Sequence record: MT446416.1
DNA length: 64,000 nt
Direction: 5' to 3' (one strand)
DNA from: Escherichia virus TH47
Part shown: in pieces, positions 13,123 through 23,814 of the stretch
Position numbering within the stretch: the stretch's first letter is position 1
How the letters are laid out: each line of letters starts with the position of its first letter
The notes under the pieces: generated by a model
Database searches by the model: none
What the model was told of the DNA's origin: nothing
The model's input: only the letters and a program-made list of their open reading frames with translations
Translations under genes and position numbers: made by a program

Positions 13123-13566
13123 TTACTCCTTAAAGTAGATATCACGAATTTGCTTAATCATCTCTAACTCTTGAAGTCCTATCATACCGAAGTTTTCTTG
13201 CACTGTCAACTGTTGGAAGTACATTTCCTCTAAATTATTATAAGGAATATCCACTAATGATAAAGGAACACTTTCACCACGGTATAGCAGATCTTCAACG
13301 AAAAGTTTTAAAATCATGATAGAAAATGAATCTTTTTGGATATGAAATTTGTAAAATGTTTGGTTAGTGCTGAGCATTGTATTTGATGGATTGAACCCCA
13401 TTTCAACAAATACTGTATCTTTATCATTATGTTTGAAATATGTACATCTTGAATTCGCAAGAACTTTAGATTTTGGGAAATAAAAATCACCCATCATCTT
13501 CTGTCGTTTCCAGTCCTCATATACAACTGGATGCTTTACCTTCTTCAATTGGTGCAGTACTGTCAT
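13123..13566 (-). CDS. hypothetical protein, EE-x-x-FQ motif family
   Basis: 147 aa; LEEMYFQQLTV. Confidence 0.5.
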   Translation of the reverse strand: MTVLHQLKKVKHPVVYEDWKRQKMMGDFYFPKSKVLANSRCTYFKHNDKDTVFVEMGFNPSNTMLSTNQTFYKFHIQKDSFSIMILKLFVEDLLYRGESVPLSLVDIPYNNLEEMYFQQLTVQENFGMIGLQELEMIKQIRDIYFKE

Positions 13567-13945
13567 AGTTTTTTCCAGTCCAATGAATCGAAATCGATTT
13601 GTTCAGGATTATCAACAGCGACAACTCGTGCATTATGAAGAGTTTCAAAGTAGCCGTTCCACGGTGTTCGTAATGGAACAGTCACATCGCCAACTTTAAC
13701 CAAGAATGAATATTCTGGTGATATTGGGTCAAACCACTCTTTTTGTTTAGCATTTTCTATGATAGTTTCGTGTTCATTTGTATAGCAATTAGATTGCTTC
13801 ATATAAAACACCCAATGCTCTTTTAAGCACTGTAAAGCAGCCACTGCTTCCTCTTTAGAAGACCATTGAATATCAATTGTATTAAGAACGTCATAATAAT
13901 TTTCAGTATCACCTGTAGTGTAATGTACTTCAATGCAGTATTTCA

Positions 13946-14401
13946 TTATTCATCACCTTTTAGTAATTTACAAATTTCAATCATATGATAATAACATGTA
14001 TTCCAAAATTGCCCATTAGTACTACCAACATCATGCACAGTACTTTGTTGGAAAACATATTCATCATTGAACAACTTTTTAATATCATCAATGTAAAATT
14101 CTGGTTTTGAATCATTATTGTATTCAATACTCGTTTCACCATCTGGATCAAGTGAAATTGATGATATATCGTGAATGCCTATCGGATTTGTTGGATAAAT
14201 TCTCAACGTAAGAGGATAGAAGTCTGGATCGGTTTCATATGTATATTCGATTATGTAATTACCATCTCCAGTAATTGATTGATATTTAAATGTAGTTTCA
14301 ATTGAATTTGAGATGTTAAATCCCAGTCTCTTTATCTCATGTAGATGTAATAATATTTTATGTAAAGTTCCTAAAACATGAATCAAATTATCAATTTTCA
14401 T
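13946..14401 (-). CDS. hypothetical protein, EE-x-x-FQ-x-S-T-V motif family
   Basis: 151 aa; NDEYVFQQSTV. Confidence 0.5.
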   Translation of the reverse strand: MKIDNLIHVLGTLHKILLHLHEIKRLGFNISNSIETTFKYQSITGDGNYIIEYTYETDPDFYPLTLRIYPTNPIGIHDISSISLDPDGETSIEYNNDSKPEFYIDDIKKLFNDEYVFQQSTVHDVGSTNGQFWNTCYYHMIEICKLLKGDE

Positions 14402-14940
14402 TTACGGTCCTTTGAAAAGTTCAGTTTAAAAGTTTTACCAAATTCCATTGTAGCTTTACCCAGATTGTTAATATTTTCTTTCAACATTTCTTGCATCTTC
14501 CTAATACTTTCATTCCAGGCTTCTTCTTCTTTGCGGAGGATTGGTCGCAATCGTTCCTGAATATCGTTAAAACGTGTATTGAGTTCAACCAATGATTCAT
14601 ATGTGAAATCTTTCATATCGATGATAGTACTACGTTGAAAGAATTCTTCTTCGGATAAATTACTCAAAATGATTTTATCACTACCAATAGATAATGTCAA
14701 TTCATCATCTTGATTTTTTTTAATTACAATACGTACAGGTGATTTTATAGTAATGTGAACATCATGATTATTAAAAGTTTCAGTTTTGTTTGACGTTCTG
14801 AATTGTAGTCTTCCGGTTAGTGCGTGTACTGGCATTGGTTTCTTTTTACCAGTAATAACATCTTCCCACGAATCAAGGATATTATTAATAATTTTAACAT
14901 AAGGAACTGTCATATATGCACCTATGAAAAATCCACGCAT
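14398..14940 (-). CDS. hypothetical protein, EE-x-x-FQ-x-S-T-I motif family
   Basis: 180 aa; SEEEFFQRSTI. Confidence 0.5.
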   Translation of the reverse strand: MRGFFIGAYMTVPYVKIINNILDSWEDVITGKKKPMPVHALTGRLQFRTSNKTETFNNHDVHITIKSPVRIVIKKNQDDELTLSIGSDKIILSNLSEEEFFQRSTIIDMKDFTYESLVELNTRFNDIQERLRPILRKEEEAWNESIRKMQEMLKENINNLGKATMEFGKTFKLNFSKDRK

Positions 14941-14955
14941 AGCGTGGATCTGTAA

Positions 14956-15435
14956 TTAATCGAGTATAGTAACTTCAATCAAACGAATTTCGATGAATTC
15001 GTTTTCAGTTTCCCATGATGAACCTAATTTCTTATTAAGTTCAGTTTTAACATCACTTTTAAATTTTCCCATAGTATTAGGAATAATTTGTTTGGTTAGT
15101 TTGTCATAACCACAATAAAACATAGGTTTCTCCCTTCGAGATATTAGAACAACAAAATCCTTTGGATATGCAGGTATATTATGCATCACTTCATGAATGC
15201 ACTCAGTACTTGAATCTTGTACTTTGTACATTACATTAAGTTTACCTTTGAAAGTGCTAATCATATCAACAATAATACCTTTACCAGATTTAAGTAAAGT
15301 TCCATTCTTTGTATGAGAACAATAGAATACCTCATCACCAATATTAGGATAGTACAAATTAAATTCTAATTCTTCCTTTGATGACTGACGTTGAAATTTC
15401 ATTACACGTTCAGTATAGGTGGGGTAGTTCTTCAT
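14956..15435 (-). CDS. hypothetical protein
   Basis: ORF 14956-15486 in track; start moved to internal ATG at 15435 to avoid overlap with the methyltransferase stop. Confidence 0.35.
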   Translation of the reverse strand: MKNYPTYTERVMKFQRQSSKEELEFNLYYPNIGDEVFYCSHTKNGTLLKSGKGIIVDMISTFKGKLNVMYKVQDSSTECIHEVMHNIPAYPKDFVVLISRREKPMFYCGYDKLTKQIIPNTMGKFKSDVKTELNKKLGSSWETENEFIEIRLIEVTILD

Positions 15436-15437
15436 GT

Positions 15438-17327
15438 TCAAAAGAATATCTCTCGTAGTAAGTGTGATATAACTGGCATAGTCCATCCATTCCCAAGCAT
15501 TTTATATGCTTGTGTCTTACTAGACACTTTAAAGAAATCTTCAGGAACGCCCTGTAATTTACAACATTCTACTACACTTAAGTGTCTATAGTCAATATTT
15601 CTTTTACCATTCTCTAATAGATATTGACGATTAATCATTGGGTCACGAAACACCAATTGTCGTCTTGATTTATTAAAGTACTGGTTGCAATCACCACCCT
15701 TAAAATAGTTAGCATCTATACAGTACGAAGCGGTCCTGTCAGTGTACCAACCATCTTCAATGATATCTTGAAGTTTAGGGGCATTTGATAATGCAGGTGG
15801 TATAAAAAGCTTATCAGTACTGCACCAGTAGTATCTCTGCCTGAAGTGAGGCGTATAATGCTGGGAATTTATCAGTACTGGTGTCATCTCAAGAACACTA
15901 TTAATATATTGCTTGAAATCTTCTTTCATTTTAACATTCTCGAACAGTACTTTCAAGTCTGGATTGAGACTTTTTATGTGCTCATAAATGTCAACCATTG
16001 TATGAAACAACATTCCACGCGGATCATTTATTCCACCCTGTTTACCTGCAACAGACCAAGATTGACAATTGTGCACAACTATGTTATTTGCGGTATATGT
16101 ATTGTCAACGGCAACTTCAAAATTATATACGGTTTTCCATTCACCTGTCGAAATACTTGTTTTTATACCTTTAACCCATGAATAATTTTCGTCATAAAAA
16201 GCTTCCTCTTTTTTGGGTTTGTCTTTTTTATATGATAAAACATAATACGGTTTTTGGTTTACAATTCGTCCCTCAATAACTTTAGTTTTTTCTGGTTCGG
16301 TAAGGCTTATGTTGGAATGTCTTCCGTAAACGTTCATTATTAATTGTTGGACACCTAATACACAGTCTATTGATGTTGTAGTGAATTTATAACAATTACT
16401 ATCAATATGACCATCTGCATCAAAATATCCATCAAGGAATGCTTTTTGGTTCTGTACACATTCATTGAATAAATCGGGATGAACTTTCTTATTAGATGCA
16501 CCTTTACCCATTTGTTCACAGAATTCAACGAGTTCTTTTGAACATATATAAAATTTATATGATGTTCTTTCTTTGACATAATTATATTTCATGTTCATAC
16601 CTTCAAAACACGAAATCAATTCATCAAATTCATCATGTGCACAACAGATGAAAACTCTATACTGGTAACTATTCTTTCTATTATTACGCTTTACTTTATA
16701 AGTCCATCCGTCACCCATAAAGCGTCCCATAAAATACCAGAATTTTTCATCTTTTGATGATTTACTAGATTCAATTGATTTAACATTACAAAGAAAATGT
16801 TCAGATGTTAATTCGTGTGCCTCAACCCATTCAGGTTCAGTGAAGGATCGTTCAGATTGTCTAATTCTGTTATTCCAGCTAGACGACATTTTTCTAGCAT
16901 AAAATGGATGATTATCAGTGCATTCAATTGGGATATGACCTTGACCAGTTATAATACGGGTTGGTGCTTTTTTAACACCTGTACTCAATACTGGATGATA
17001 TTGTCCAGTATGTGTTAGTACCATGTCACCAACTTGAATGTCTTTAATGTCTTTATGACCTTTATCGGTCATTATCATTGTTCCTTCCGTGAAGCACGGG
17101 AACCCTCCCATGAGAAGGTCAATTTTATCCCACTCAATATCCCATTCTCTCCATTTAGTTACATCACCCAATTGGGTGATATCAGGAAAGTTAGCTTGAG
17201 ATTCAGCTATTGCGTACTTGTCAATTTCGGATGAATAATATTTTTCAACAGGGATACCAGCATCTTTTAATGCCATGTATCCCACACTCATCCCATTAAA
17301 AAGAGATAGTACTCGGATAGGTTTCAT
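15438..17327 (-). CDS. DNA (cytosine-5)-methyltransferase precursor interrupted by an intein
   Basis: 629 aa; exteins (286 aa) carry C5-MTase motifs: motif I-like LSLFNGMSVGYMAL, split motif IV GGFP...CQSWSVAGKQGG, motif VI ENV, C-terminal GNGWTMPV; 343-aa insert between the P and catalytic C. Confidence 0.8.
   Translation of the reverse strand: MKPIRVLSLFNGMSVGYMALKDAGIPVEKYYSSEIDKYAIAESQANFPDITQLGDVTKWREWDIEWDKIDLLMGGFPCFTEGTMIMTDKGHKDIKDIQVGDMVLTHTGQYHPVLSTGVKKAPTRIITGQGHIPIECTDNHPFYARKMSSSWNNRIRQSERSFTEPEWVEAHELTSEHFLCNVKSIESSKSSKDEKFWYFMGRFMGDGWTYKVKRNNRKNSYQYRVFICCAHDEFDELISCFEGMNMKYNYVKERTSYKFYICSKELVEFCEQMGKGASNKKVHPDLFNECVQNQKAFLDGYFDADGHIDSNCYKFTTTSIDCVLGVQQLIMNVYGRHSNISLTEPEKTKVIEGRIVNQKPYYVLSYKKDKPKKEEAFYDENYSWVKGIKTSISTGEWKTVYNFEVAVDNTYTANNIVVHNCQSWSVAGKQGGINDPRGMLFHTMVDIYEHIKSLNPDLKVLFENVKMKEDFKQYINSVLEMTPVLINSQHYTPHFRQRYYWCSTDKLFIPPALSNAPKLQDIIEDGWYTDRTASYCIDANYFKGGDCNQYFNKSRRQLVFRDPMINRQYLLENGKRNIDYRHLSVVECCKLQGVPEDFFKVSSKTQAYKMLGNGWTMPVISHLLREIFF
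16068..17096 (-). other. intein with LAGLIDADG homing endonuclease domain
   Basis: Starts CFTEGTMIMTD, has TxxH block (ECTDNHPF), two LAGLIDADG-like blocks (FWYFMGRFMGDGW, FLDGYFDADGHI), ends NIVVHN followed by +1 Cys; junction codons checked in the nucleotide sequence. Confidence 0.75.
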
Positions 17328-17984
17328 ATAAAATCCTTTTTATATTGTTAAGGTACTATAATATATTATAGCATCTTATTTAGAAATCTCCCAAACTTTT
17401 TTCATCACACCATCGTGATGTGCAGATGATTGCAGATGCCAAAATTGAAGCACTTGCTCGGCCTCCACCGAGTAAGTACTGGCTAATGACACCAATCATA
17501 TTGAAGACTTTATCATACTCAGCAAGGAGTTCGAAATCCTTCTTCCAACATTGATATTCTTCTTCAGTAACATTAAACTCATCACCAAGTTCATTTAAAA
17601 TCTTTTTTAGTACTGCACGATGTTCACTCATCGGATTCCCCATATCGTTCGTCGTAAAAATCATCATCACGGTCCAACGGTTCTTTTGGTTTTTCTGTCA
17701 TATATTTCCTCACATGGTAAATGTATTATCACCATCCATATCTTCATCTGTAGCTTCAGCTAAGGTCTTAATCGTCAATAATTCACGCTTCACGTACAAC
17801 ATGAAGACCTTTTCATAATTACCAAACATCATCTCAGGTGACATGTAATTCTCCGTTACAATGACGATTGGGCGGCCCTGTGACAGCATACGAAACATAG
17901 TACGGTATTTGTCAAAGGTGCGAAATTCATCCATGTTCATCATGTGGCGTTTACGAACTACTTTAGTCATTTTGATACCTTTAG

Positions 17985-18440
17985 TTAATTGAACTCGATT
18001 TCTGGATAATGATTATAGAACATCTCACGTACTGCGTCAAGCTGTTCTTTAAATTTCTCAATGTCATCAAGAGTTAGTACAGTATCACTAACAGTACTCA
18101 ACTGAAAAAGTGTCTCTTCAGTACTGTTTTCTGATAAATCAAATGTACATGATGAATCATCTGATATAATATTATCACATATTTCAAATGTGTCAATATG
18201 AACATCATTGAGTAGATCACCACTATAATCATTATATATGAACACAAAAATGTATGATGGTTTTTTTATCTCAGTTTCTGACTCATAGGCTACCAAATCA
18301 TATGTAACGTAACATTTAAAGTCAGGTGAATCGTATTCCATAGATACAATTCCTATATCACGATATTGATTCGTTTCACTGATTAAATCCGGTATAGGTG
18401 TAATACCAAGTAAATGAAAAAACTGTCCTGGATTTAGCAT
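17985..18440 (-). CDS. hypothetical protein, EE-x-x-FQ-x-S-T-V motif family
   Basis: 151 aa; STEETLFQLSTV. Confidence 0.5.
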   Translation of the reverse strand: MLNPGQFFHLLGITPIPDLISETNQYRDIGIVSMEYDSPDFKCYVTYDLVAYESETEIKKPSYIFVFIYNDYSGDLLNDVHIDTFEICDNIISDDSSCTFDLSENSTEETLFQLSTVSDTVLTLDDIEKFKEQLDAVREMFYNHYPEIEFN

Positions 18441-18889
18441 TTGATTACCTTCGGGTTTTGCTCTGTGATATCAAACATAGATAGAACGAAATCATTTAGC
18501 TTTTCAACACAATTGATTATAGTGCTTAAATCAGAATAACTAACTGTTAAATTTTTAACAAGAGATTCCTGAAAGTATCCTTCTTCAGTTGAGCAATAAC
18601 TCACATTTGAGATAGTCTCATAATGTATATCTTTGCTTGTTTTACATGTTATAATTTCTATTATATCCGATGTTGTGTTATATAATAATATAAATGTTGT
18701 TGTTCGTGAATTCTTATTGTAAAATGCGAGTTCTGTGCTGTCATATGTTTTCTCAATAAGAACATTGTACTCTTCCGAAAATGATGTGGAAATTCTAATT
18801 ATCTCTTCTGGATCAGGAACATAAGAGCCATCAAATTTACAAGACAATGCAATTTCAAAATGATTTTTTATTTCATCAATTTTCATCAT
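18434..18889 (-). CDS. hypothetical protein, EE-x-x-FQ-x-S-L-V motif family
   Basis: 151 aa; STEEGYFQESLV. Confidence 0.5.
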   Translation of the reverse strand: MMKIDEIKNHFEIALSCKFDGSYVPDPEEIIRISTSFSEEYNVLIEKTYDSTELAFYNKNSRTTTFILLYNTTSDIIEIITCKTSKDIHYETISNVSYCSTEEGYFQESLVKNLTVSYSDLSTIINCVEKLNDFVLSMFDITEQNPKVIKC

Positions 18890-19281
18890 AGCTCACCATT
18901 TAATTTGCTATTTACATATTCTAATGCTTTTTTAGCAATGCCAATTTCGGTAACTCCTATTACATTTTTCTCGATTAACGACAATTGAAATAGTTCATCT
19001 TCATCAATATCAATACTATGGGTTCTTGACCAATAATAATTGAAGTCATATGCATATCGTATTGTATTTTCTTTAATATCAAGTACCAATATGACCATAC
19101 CATCGTGTAGGTATGTCAGTGTTTTTCCGTATATATTAAAAATTAACCTATCTGGTGTACCCAATGGAAGATGAATTATATTTTGTGTAGTTCCAACAAT
19201 AACAAAATCATTATCTATATTTTTATTCAAGTCACCTAGAATGTCATATATAGTAGTCATGTTAATCTTGACCCTCAGCAT
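18886..19281 (-). CDS. hypothetical protein, EE-x-x-FQ-x-S-L-I motif family
   Basis: 131 aa; DEDELFQLSLI. Confidence 0.5.
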   Translation of the reverse strand: MLRVKINMTTIYDILGDLNKNIDNDFVIVGTTQNIIHLPLGTPDRLIFNIYGKTLTYLHDGMVILVLDIKENTIRYAYDFNYYWSRTHSIDIDEDELFQLSLIEKNVIGVTEIGIAKKALEYVNSKLNGEL

Positions 19282-19666
19282 TTCTGATGATTCGCATTAC
19301 TTCTCTGGATAGGTCGAATACTTTTTTATAGTACTCAAATGTAACTGAACCAAAATCATTAACAGTACTATCCATGAAGAACGATTCTTCGGTGCAATAC
19401 ACACCTGTAATTGAAACATGCTCTTGATGGAATTTAGCATCTTTCCAGTAACGGAATTCGAAAATAAATTGCCCGTCATGACCAACCCTACAACACTCGG
19501 CACGGTCACTGTCTACACAGCTAATCACAATATCCCTCTCGGAGTCATACCAGATATTTCCAATATTTGTTTCAATAACTGCATAATCAATTTTTGTAGA
19601 ATTGGGAATTAAACCTTTTTTTACCAGTACTAGACTGGTATTATCAATATCCAGAAAACTTACCAT
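19262..19666 (-). CDS. hypothetical protein, EE-x-x-F-x-x-S-T-V motif family
   Basis: 134 aa; CTEESFFMDSTV. Confidence 0.5.
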   Translation of the reverse strand: MVSFLDIDNTSLVLVKKGLIPNSTKIDYAVIETNIGNIWYDSERDIVISCVDSDRAECCRVGHDGQFIFEFRYWKDAKFHQEHVSITGVYCTEESFFMDSTVNDFGSVTFEYYKKVFDLSREVMRIIRNAEGQD

Positions 19667-19667
19667 A

Positions 19668-20078
19668 TCAACTCCCCACTATTACTGTGTTTTTAATTTC
19701 TAACAATTCACTATACATCTTCTTCAATTGTACAATATCTTCATATAAAATACCACCCATATCATCAATCAAAGAACGTTGAAATAGTGATTCATCTGAC
19801 TGTATTGTGTCCAAATCAGAAATTTTCAAAACTGTATCTGGGTTTAGTGTGTTTACAATAAGTTTGTTTGTGTATGGTACGTATGTGATCTTGATATTCA
19901 TTTCTGAATCAAGGGCATACAACCTCAAAACTGACAAATCACCACAAAGTTGGATTTTTGGTTCATCAAACTCATCAGACCACCACATAGTACTAGTCAT
20001 ATAATTGACGTGTTGGTTCAAATGTGATATATCCAAATCGAAATAATATTTTAGTTCATTGTGTAAATCTAAACTCAT
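19668..20078 (-). CDS. hypothetical protein, EE-x-x-FQ-x-S-L-I motif family
   Basis: 136 aa; SDESLFQRSLI. Confidence 0.5.
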   Translation of the reverse strand: MSLDLHNELKYYFDLDISHLNQHVNYMTSTMWWSDEFDEPKIQLCGDLSVLRLYALDSEMNIKITYVPYTNKLIVNTLNPDTVLKISDLDTIQSDESLFQRSLIDDMGGILYEDIVQLKKMYSELLEIKNTVIVGS

Positions 20079-20133
20079 AAATTTATCCTCTATGCATCAT
20101 TATCTTACATTGTAGGATAAACCCACGATAATG

Positions 20134-20529
20134 TCAAGATGTGAATTGCTTATACCAGTGATACAATTCTTTTAATTCTTCAGTACTGAATAGAACATCT
20201 TCAATCGTTGTTTGTTGGAAGTGGTAATCTTCGTTTAAGTACATTGAAATATTTTTATATACTTTTCGATTACATTTTCCAAGAAACGATGTTCTTTTGG
20301 ATGTGTATTCAATAAATGTTAACTTATCTAATTCTATATCCAATGACAATTTAGTACAGTATTCAGTATCATCTACGTACATAAGTTTATTTGAATAACA
20401 ATCAACTGTGATATATTCTTTATGTGAGAATTGATATATACCATTAAATTTTTTACCATTTGTACTTCTGAATTTTTCAAGGTAATAAGATAGTGGTTTA
20501 GATATTGTACTACCAATAGTATTATTCAT
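20134..20529 (-). CDS. hypothetical protein, EE-x-x-FQ-x-T-T-I motif family
   Basis: 131 aa; NEDYHFQQTTI. Confidence 0.5.
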   Translation of the reverse strand: MNNTIGSTISKPLSYYLEKFRSTNGKKFNGIYQFSHKEYITVDCYSNKLMYVDDTEYCTKLSLDIELDKLTFIEYTSKRTSFLGKCNRKVYKNISMYLNEDYHFQQTTIEDVLFSTEELKELYHWYKQFTS

Positions 20530-20691
20530 AGAACCTCAAAATTTAGACAAGAAAAATGCCCCGAAGATCGGGGCAGTACGAAAAAGATTTTGTACAAAAA
20601 AGGGGAATAATACAATCAAATAAAATGATAACGTATCATTATTATGTAAGGGAGGAAAGTAACATGATAATGTTAACCATTGCTGGTATAA

Positions 20692-21243
20692 TTATTTATC
20701 ATTTAATTCTTTTAATTGAGCTTGTATATCACCAGAAAGTTTGCGGATTTTCTTGAAACAGTACACGCTATCATCAAGTTCAAGTTCTAGACCGTGAGTG
20801 ATTGCATAAAGCATTTCAGCAAGCACTAGATCCTGACGCATCCAGTTACCATTCTTATAGGTTGTCATTACACAATACGGACAGTGGCTGTTTCCGGTTT
20901 GTTTACCCAGGAATACAGATTGGATTGTATCATGCTTGAAACCTACAAAAGATTGGTTGATCTTATTGATTTCAGCTACAACGTCCATTTGTGCACCAGT
21001 GTTAATTGCAAACACTTCATCACCGTTCTCGGTTTTGTTGATGTTTAGTTCAATATCACTACCAAGTTTACGAACAGCCAATGTATAAAGTAGGATTTCA
21101 TACATATCATAATTAGTTGTTTCGCCATTTGGTGCAGTTACATCGAGACTAACACCATGCATTTTTACTTCAGTACTGAATCCATCTTTATCTGCTAGAA
21201 AATCAGTGATTTGTTCAGTTAGGATTTTAATTTGGTCAATCAT
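20692..21243 (-). CDS. hypothetical protein
   Basis: 183-aa ORF; no recognisable motif. Confidence 0.4.
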   Translation of the reverse strand: MIDQIKILTEQITDFLADKDGFSTEVKMHGVSLDVTAPNGETTNYDMYEILLYTLAVRKLGSDIELNINKTENGDEVFAINTGAQMDVVAEINKINQSFVGFKHDTIQSVFLGKQTGNSHCPYCVMTTYKNGNWMRQDLVLAEMLYAITHGLELELDDSVYCFKKIRKLSGDIQAQLKELNDK

Positions 21244-21261
21244 TATTCATATCCTTATGTT

Positions 21262-21284
21262 GGAAAAGCCCCCATTACGGAGGC
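21262..21284 (-). terminator. rho-independent terminator candidate
   Basis: Minus strand hairpin GCCTCC-GTAAT-GGGGGC followed by TTTT, just after stop of ORF 21297-21725. Confidence 0.4.
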
Positions 21285-21296
21285 TTTTTAATCTAA

Positions 21297-21725
21297 TTAT
21301 AGGGAAGCTTCGTATTCAGCTACAATGTCAACCATCTCATTGACAAAGTTGATGTGGTCATGAGTTACTGTGCGGAAATCATAAACCAGTGATTGTTGGA
21401 AGAATACGTCTTCAGCCAGATTACCTTCAAAGTTCAGGTCGATGTTTTCTTCATCGTTGGTCGGAGCAACTTTGATATTTAGTTGATTTTCATCAACAAC
21501 CAATTTCACAACACAACCCAATGCAATCGCCAGTACATAAGCAGGTTTCTTCGCCGCTTCAGAACGGAATGGAGCACGTAGAGCACAAATGGTGCTGCTA
21601 ATCTCATCATTCTGTTCTTTATATTTAACGTTAATCATCAGTTCTTCAATTTTGACGCTCTCGATTACACGACCAGTTTCAGCAGCGAAGAAAGAGTGGT
21701 TACGGATAGTTTGTTCGATATTCAT
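21297..21725 (-). CDS. hypothetical protein, EE-x-x-FQ-x-S-L-V motif family
   Basis: 142 aa; AEDVFFQQSLV. Confidence 0.5.
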   Translation of the reverse strand: MNIEQTIRNHSFFAAETGRVIESVKIEELMINVKYKEQNDEISSTICALRAPFRSEAAKKPAYVLAIALGCVVKLVVDENQLNIKVAPTNDEENIDLNFEGNLAEDVFFQQSLVYDFRTVTHDHINFVNEMVDIVAEYEASL

Positions 21726-23322
21726 GTGTTATTCCTTATATAGATTGCTAAAGTTACGAAGATTACGGTTTGCTTTAAACTGTTTTAAATCACCAAATCT
21801 ATCATCAACGATAAAAGTGGCAGCCTGTTTTGATTGGCATATTGTACAAATCAACATACCCTGTATTGTATACTCGGTTGAACAATTTGTACAGTACTTT
21901 TTTTCATAAAGTTCAGTACTCATAAAACCTTCACATCACTACGTTTATCTCTTTCTTCTTTCTTTACCTCATCGGAGCGGGTATCTTCTAATTGTAACAC
22001 AACTTCTTTCAGAATGTCAACATCAATCATTGCTTCTTTGTATTGAAAGTCGTTTACGCCGAAAATATACTTCAATGCAACCCATACACGTTTGTACCAT
22101 TTTAAGAAAGGATTCAAACGCATACTCACCAGACATTGACCAAGTTTATCATCTCCATGTTCTTGTGTCAAGTCAAATTGTGAAATGTGAACACAATGTT
22201 CCGTATTATCGCCACAACTACAACGTACTATAAATTCTTTGCTGTCTTTGCTCATACTGGATAAGCCTTCATAAATTGTTTTAGAACTCCAAACTTAGAA
22301 GCACTGTAATCATACTGATAACTTAGCTCACGTTTATCATTCATTCGATAAACCATATGATTGTTTGGATAACCAATTCTAACAGGTTTGATAGGATTTG
22401 CAAGCAAAATTGCCCATTCTTTTACAGGAAAAACGTTTTCAGATAACATCTTCACATCTTTACTGTAATACTTCATTGCTTGGGTACAGTGCTTGTAATC
22501 TTCTGCACTCAGTTCTTCACACACAACACTGTGCGTTTCAGTACTGGATACCCATGTCTCTTCTTCATAATATAAGTCAATTACATCTTCTACGGTATAG
22601 CTATCAGGTAGATCATAATATACCCAATTACTAAAACCAGAGCTTACACCAACTCGAATTCGATAGTACTTCATATTTTTTTATCATCCGATTTTACGTA
22701 ATAGTAACATACAATGCAGTGAATTACAAGAAGAATAATTTCTAATACATTCAGTGCCACGACATGCCCTTGTGGGACCGTAAGTGCCAATAACAACATT
22801 ATAGTAGGTATTACGAATATTGTCCATGTTTTTTTCATTTTATTTCCTTAATGTAGGCAAATGGTAAAAATACAACCTCTACACCAGGGAATGTTGTTGC
22901 AAGTGCATCAACTATAGACTTGTTTTTGTTACATTGCCAAACTTTTGTAACTTTGTGCTGAAATACTTTACCATCTTTTACTAGCCAATACATTTGCATC
23001 TTAACAGTACAGTTATCAGATGGTATTAGTAAATCCTCTATATCATATGAATTAAAGATTCTCTCGTTCATACAATCTCCTAGTGAAAAAAGCCAGATTC
23101 TTTCTTATATACTCGGCGACACAATCAGTAGTCTGTGTATTTGTGAATGCAACAACTTCATTCGATACACCATTCCCATTACACAATGGACAAATCCCCA
23201 TATACTTAGGTGTTGGAACTGTATCTAGTTTATATTTCCCTGAAGATATCATGTATTGTTGTGGTAATACATCCAAAGAAATAATATAATCATCATCGAA
23301 TTGCTTACAACATACCCAACAT

Positions 23323-23814
23323 TTACTCATTGTGGTTCTCCTTCAAAACAATTCTTATATCTTCGAATGTTTGAACAAACCAGTCATGCTCATCAGATAC
23401 ATCAACCACCTTCCCACCATAAACATAGTAATGATAGAAGGGTAACTTACTTTTCCTCAATCGTTCAGCAAGTTCTGGGTTTTGAAATATCTTAGCACAT
23501 ATTGCATCCTGGATACAAGAAATGCATTCGGGTGTCATTTCAATACGGTCGTGCATATACTTGTTCGCCGCTGCTTTTGCAGCAGCACCCGACACTTTTC
23601 TAAGATCATCATGTTTCTGGCCTGTTAAAAACCAAAAATAAAAAGTTTCTACCGATGGGAACCAACCGTATGGTTCTAAGGTAAAACTATGTGACGAAAA
23701 GTTAGATAGATCCCTACCTAACTTAGTTTTAGCTTTACTATAGATATTAATGTGTCTGTATCCGTCATCAGTAGGGTCAATATAGTTAAATGACTCTTCA
23801 GGAAATTCAAACAT
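23323..23814 (-). CDS. hypothetical protein
   Basis: 163-aa ORF. Confidence 0.35.
   Translation of the reverse strand: MFEFPEESFNYIDPTDDGYRHINIYSKAKTKLGRDLSNFSSHSFTLEPYGWFPSVETFYFWFLTGQKHDDLRKVSGAAAKAAANKYMHDRIEMTPECISCIQDAICAKIFQNPELAERLRKSKLPFYHYYVYGGKVVDVSDEHDWFVQTFEDIRIVLKENHNE

Noticed and set aside
17985-21725. Idea that the shared EE-x-x-FQ-x-ST motif is really a conserved DNA element (AGTACTG) read through coding sequence
   Set aside because: Several members encode the motif with different codons (for example TCA ACT GAA GAA, ACA ACG ATT) lacking AGTACT, so conservation is at protein level
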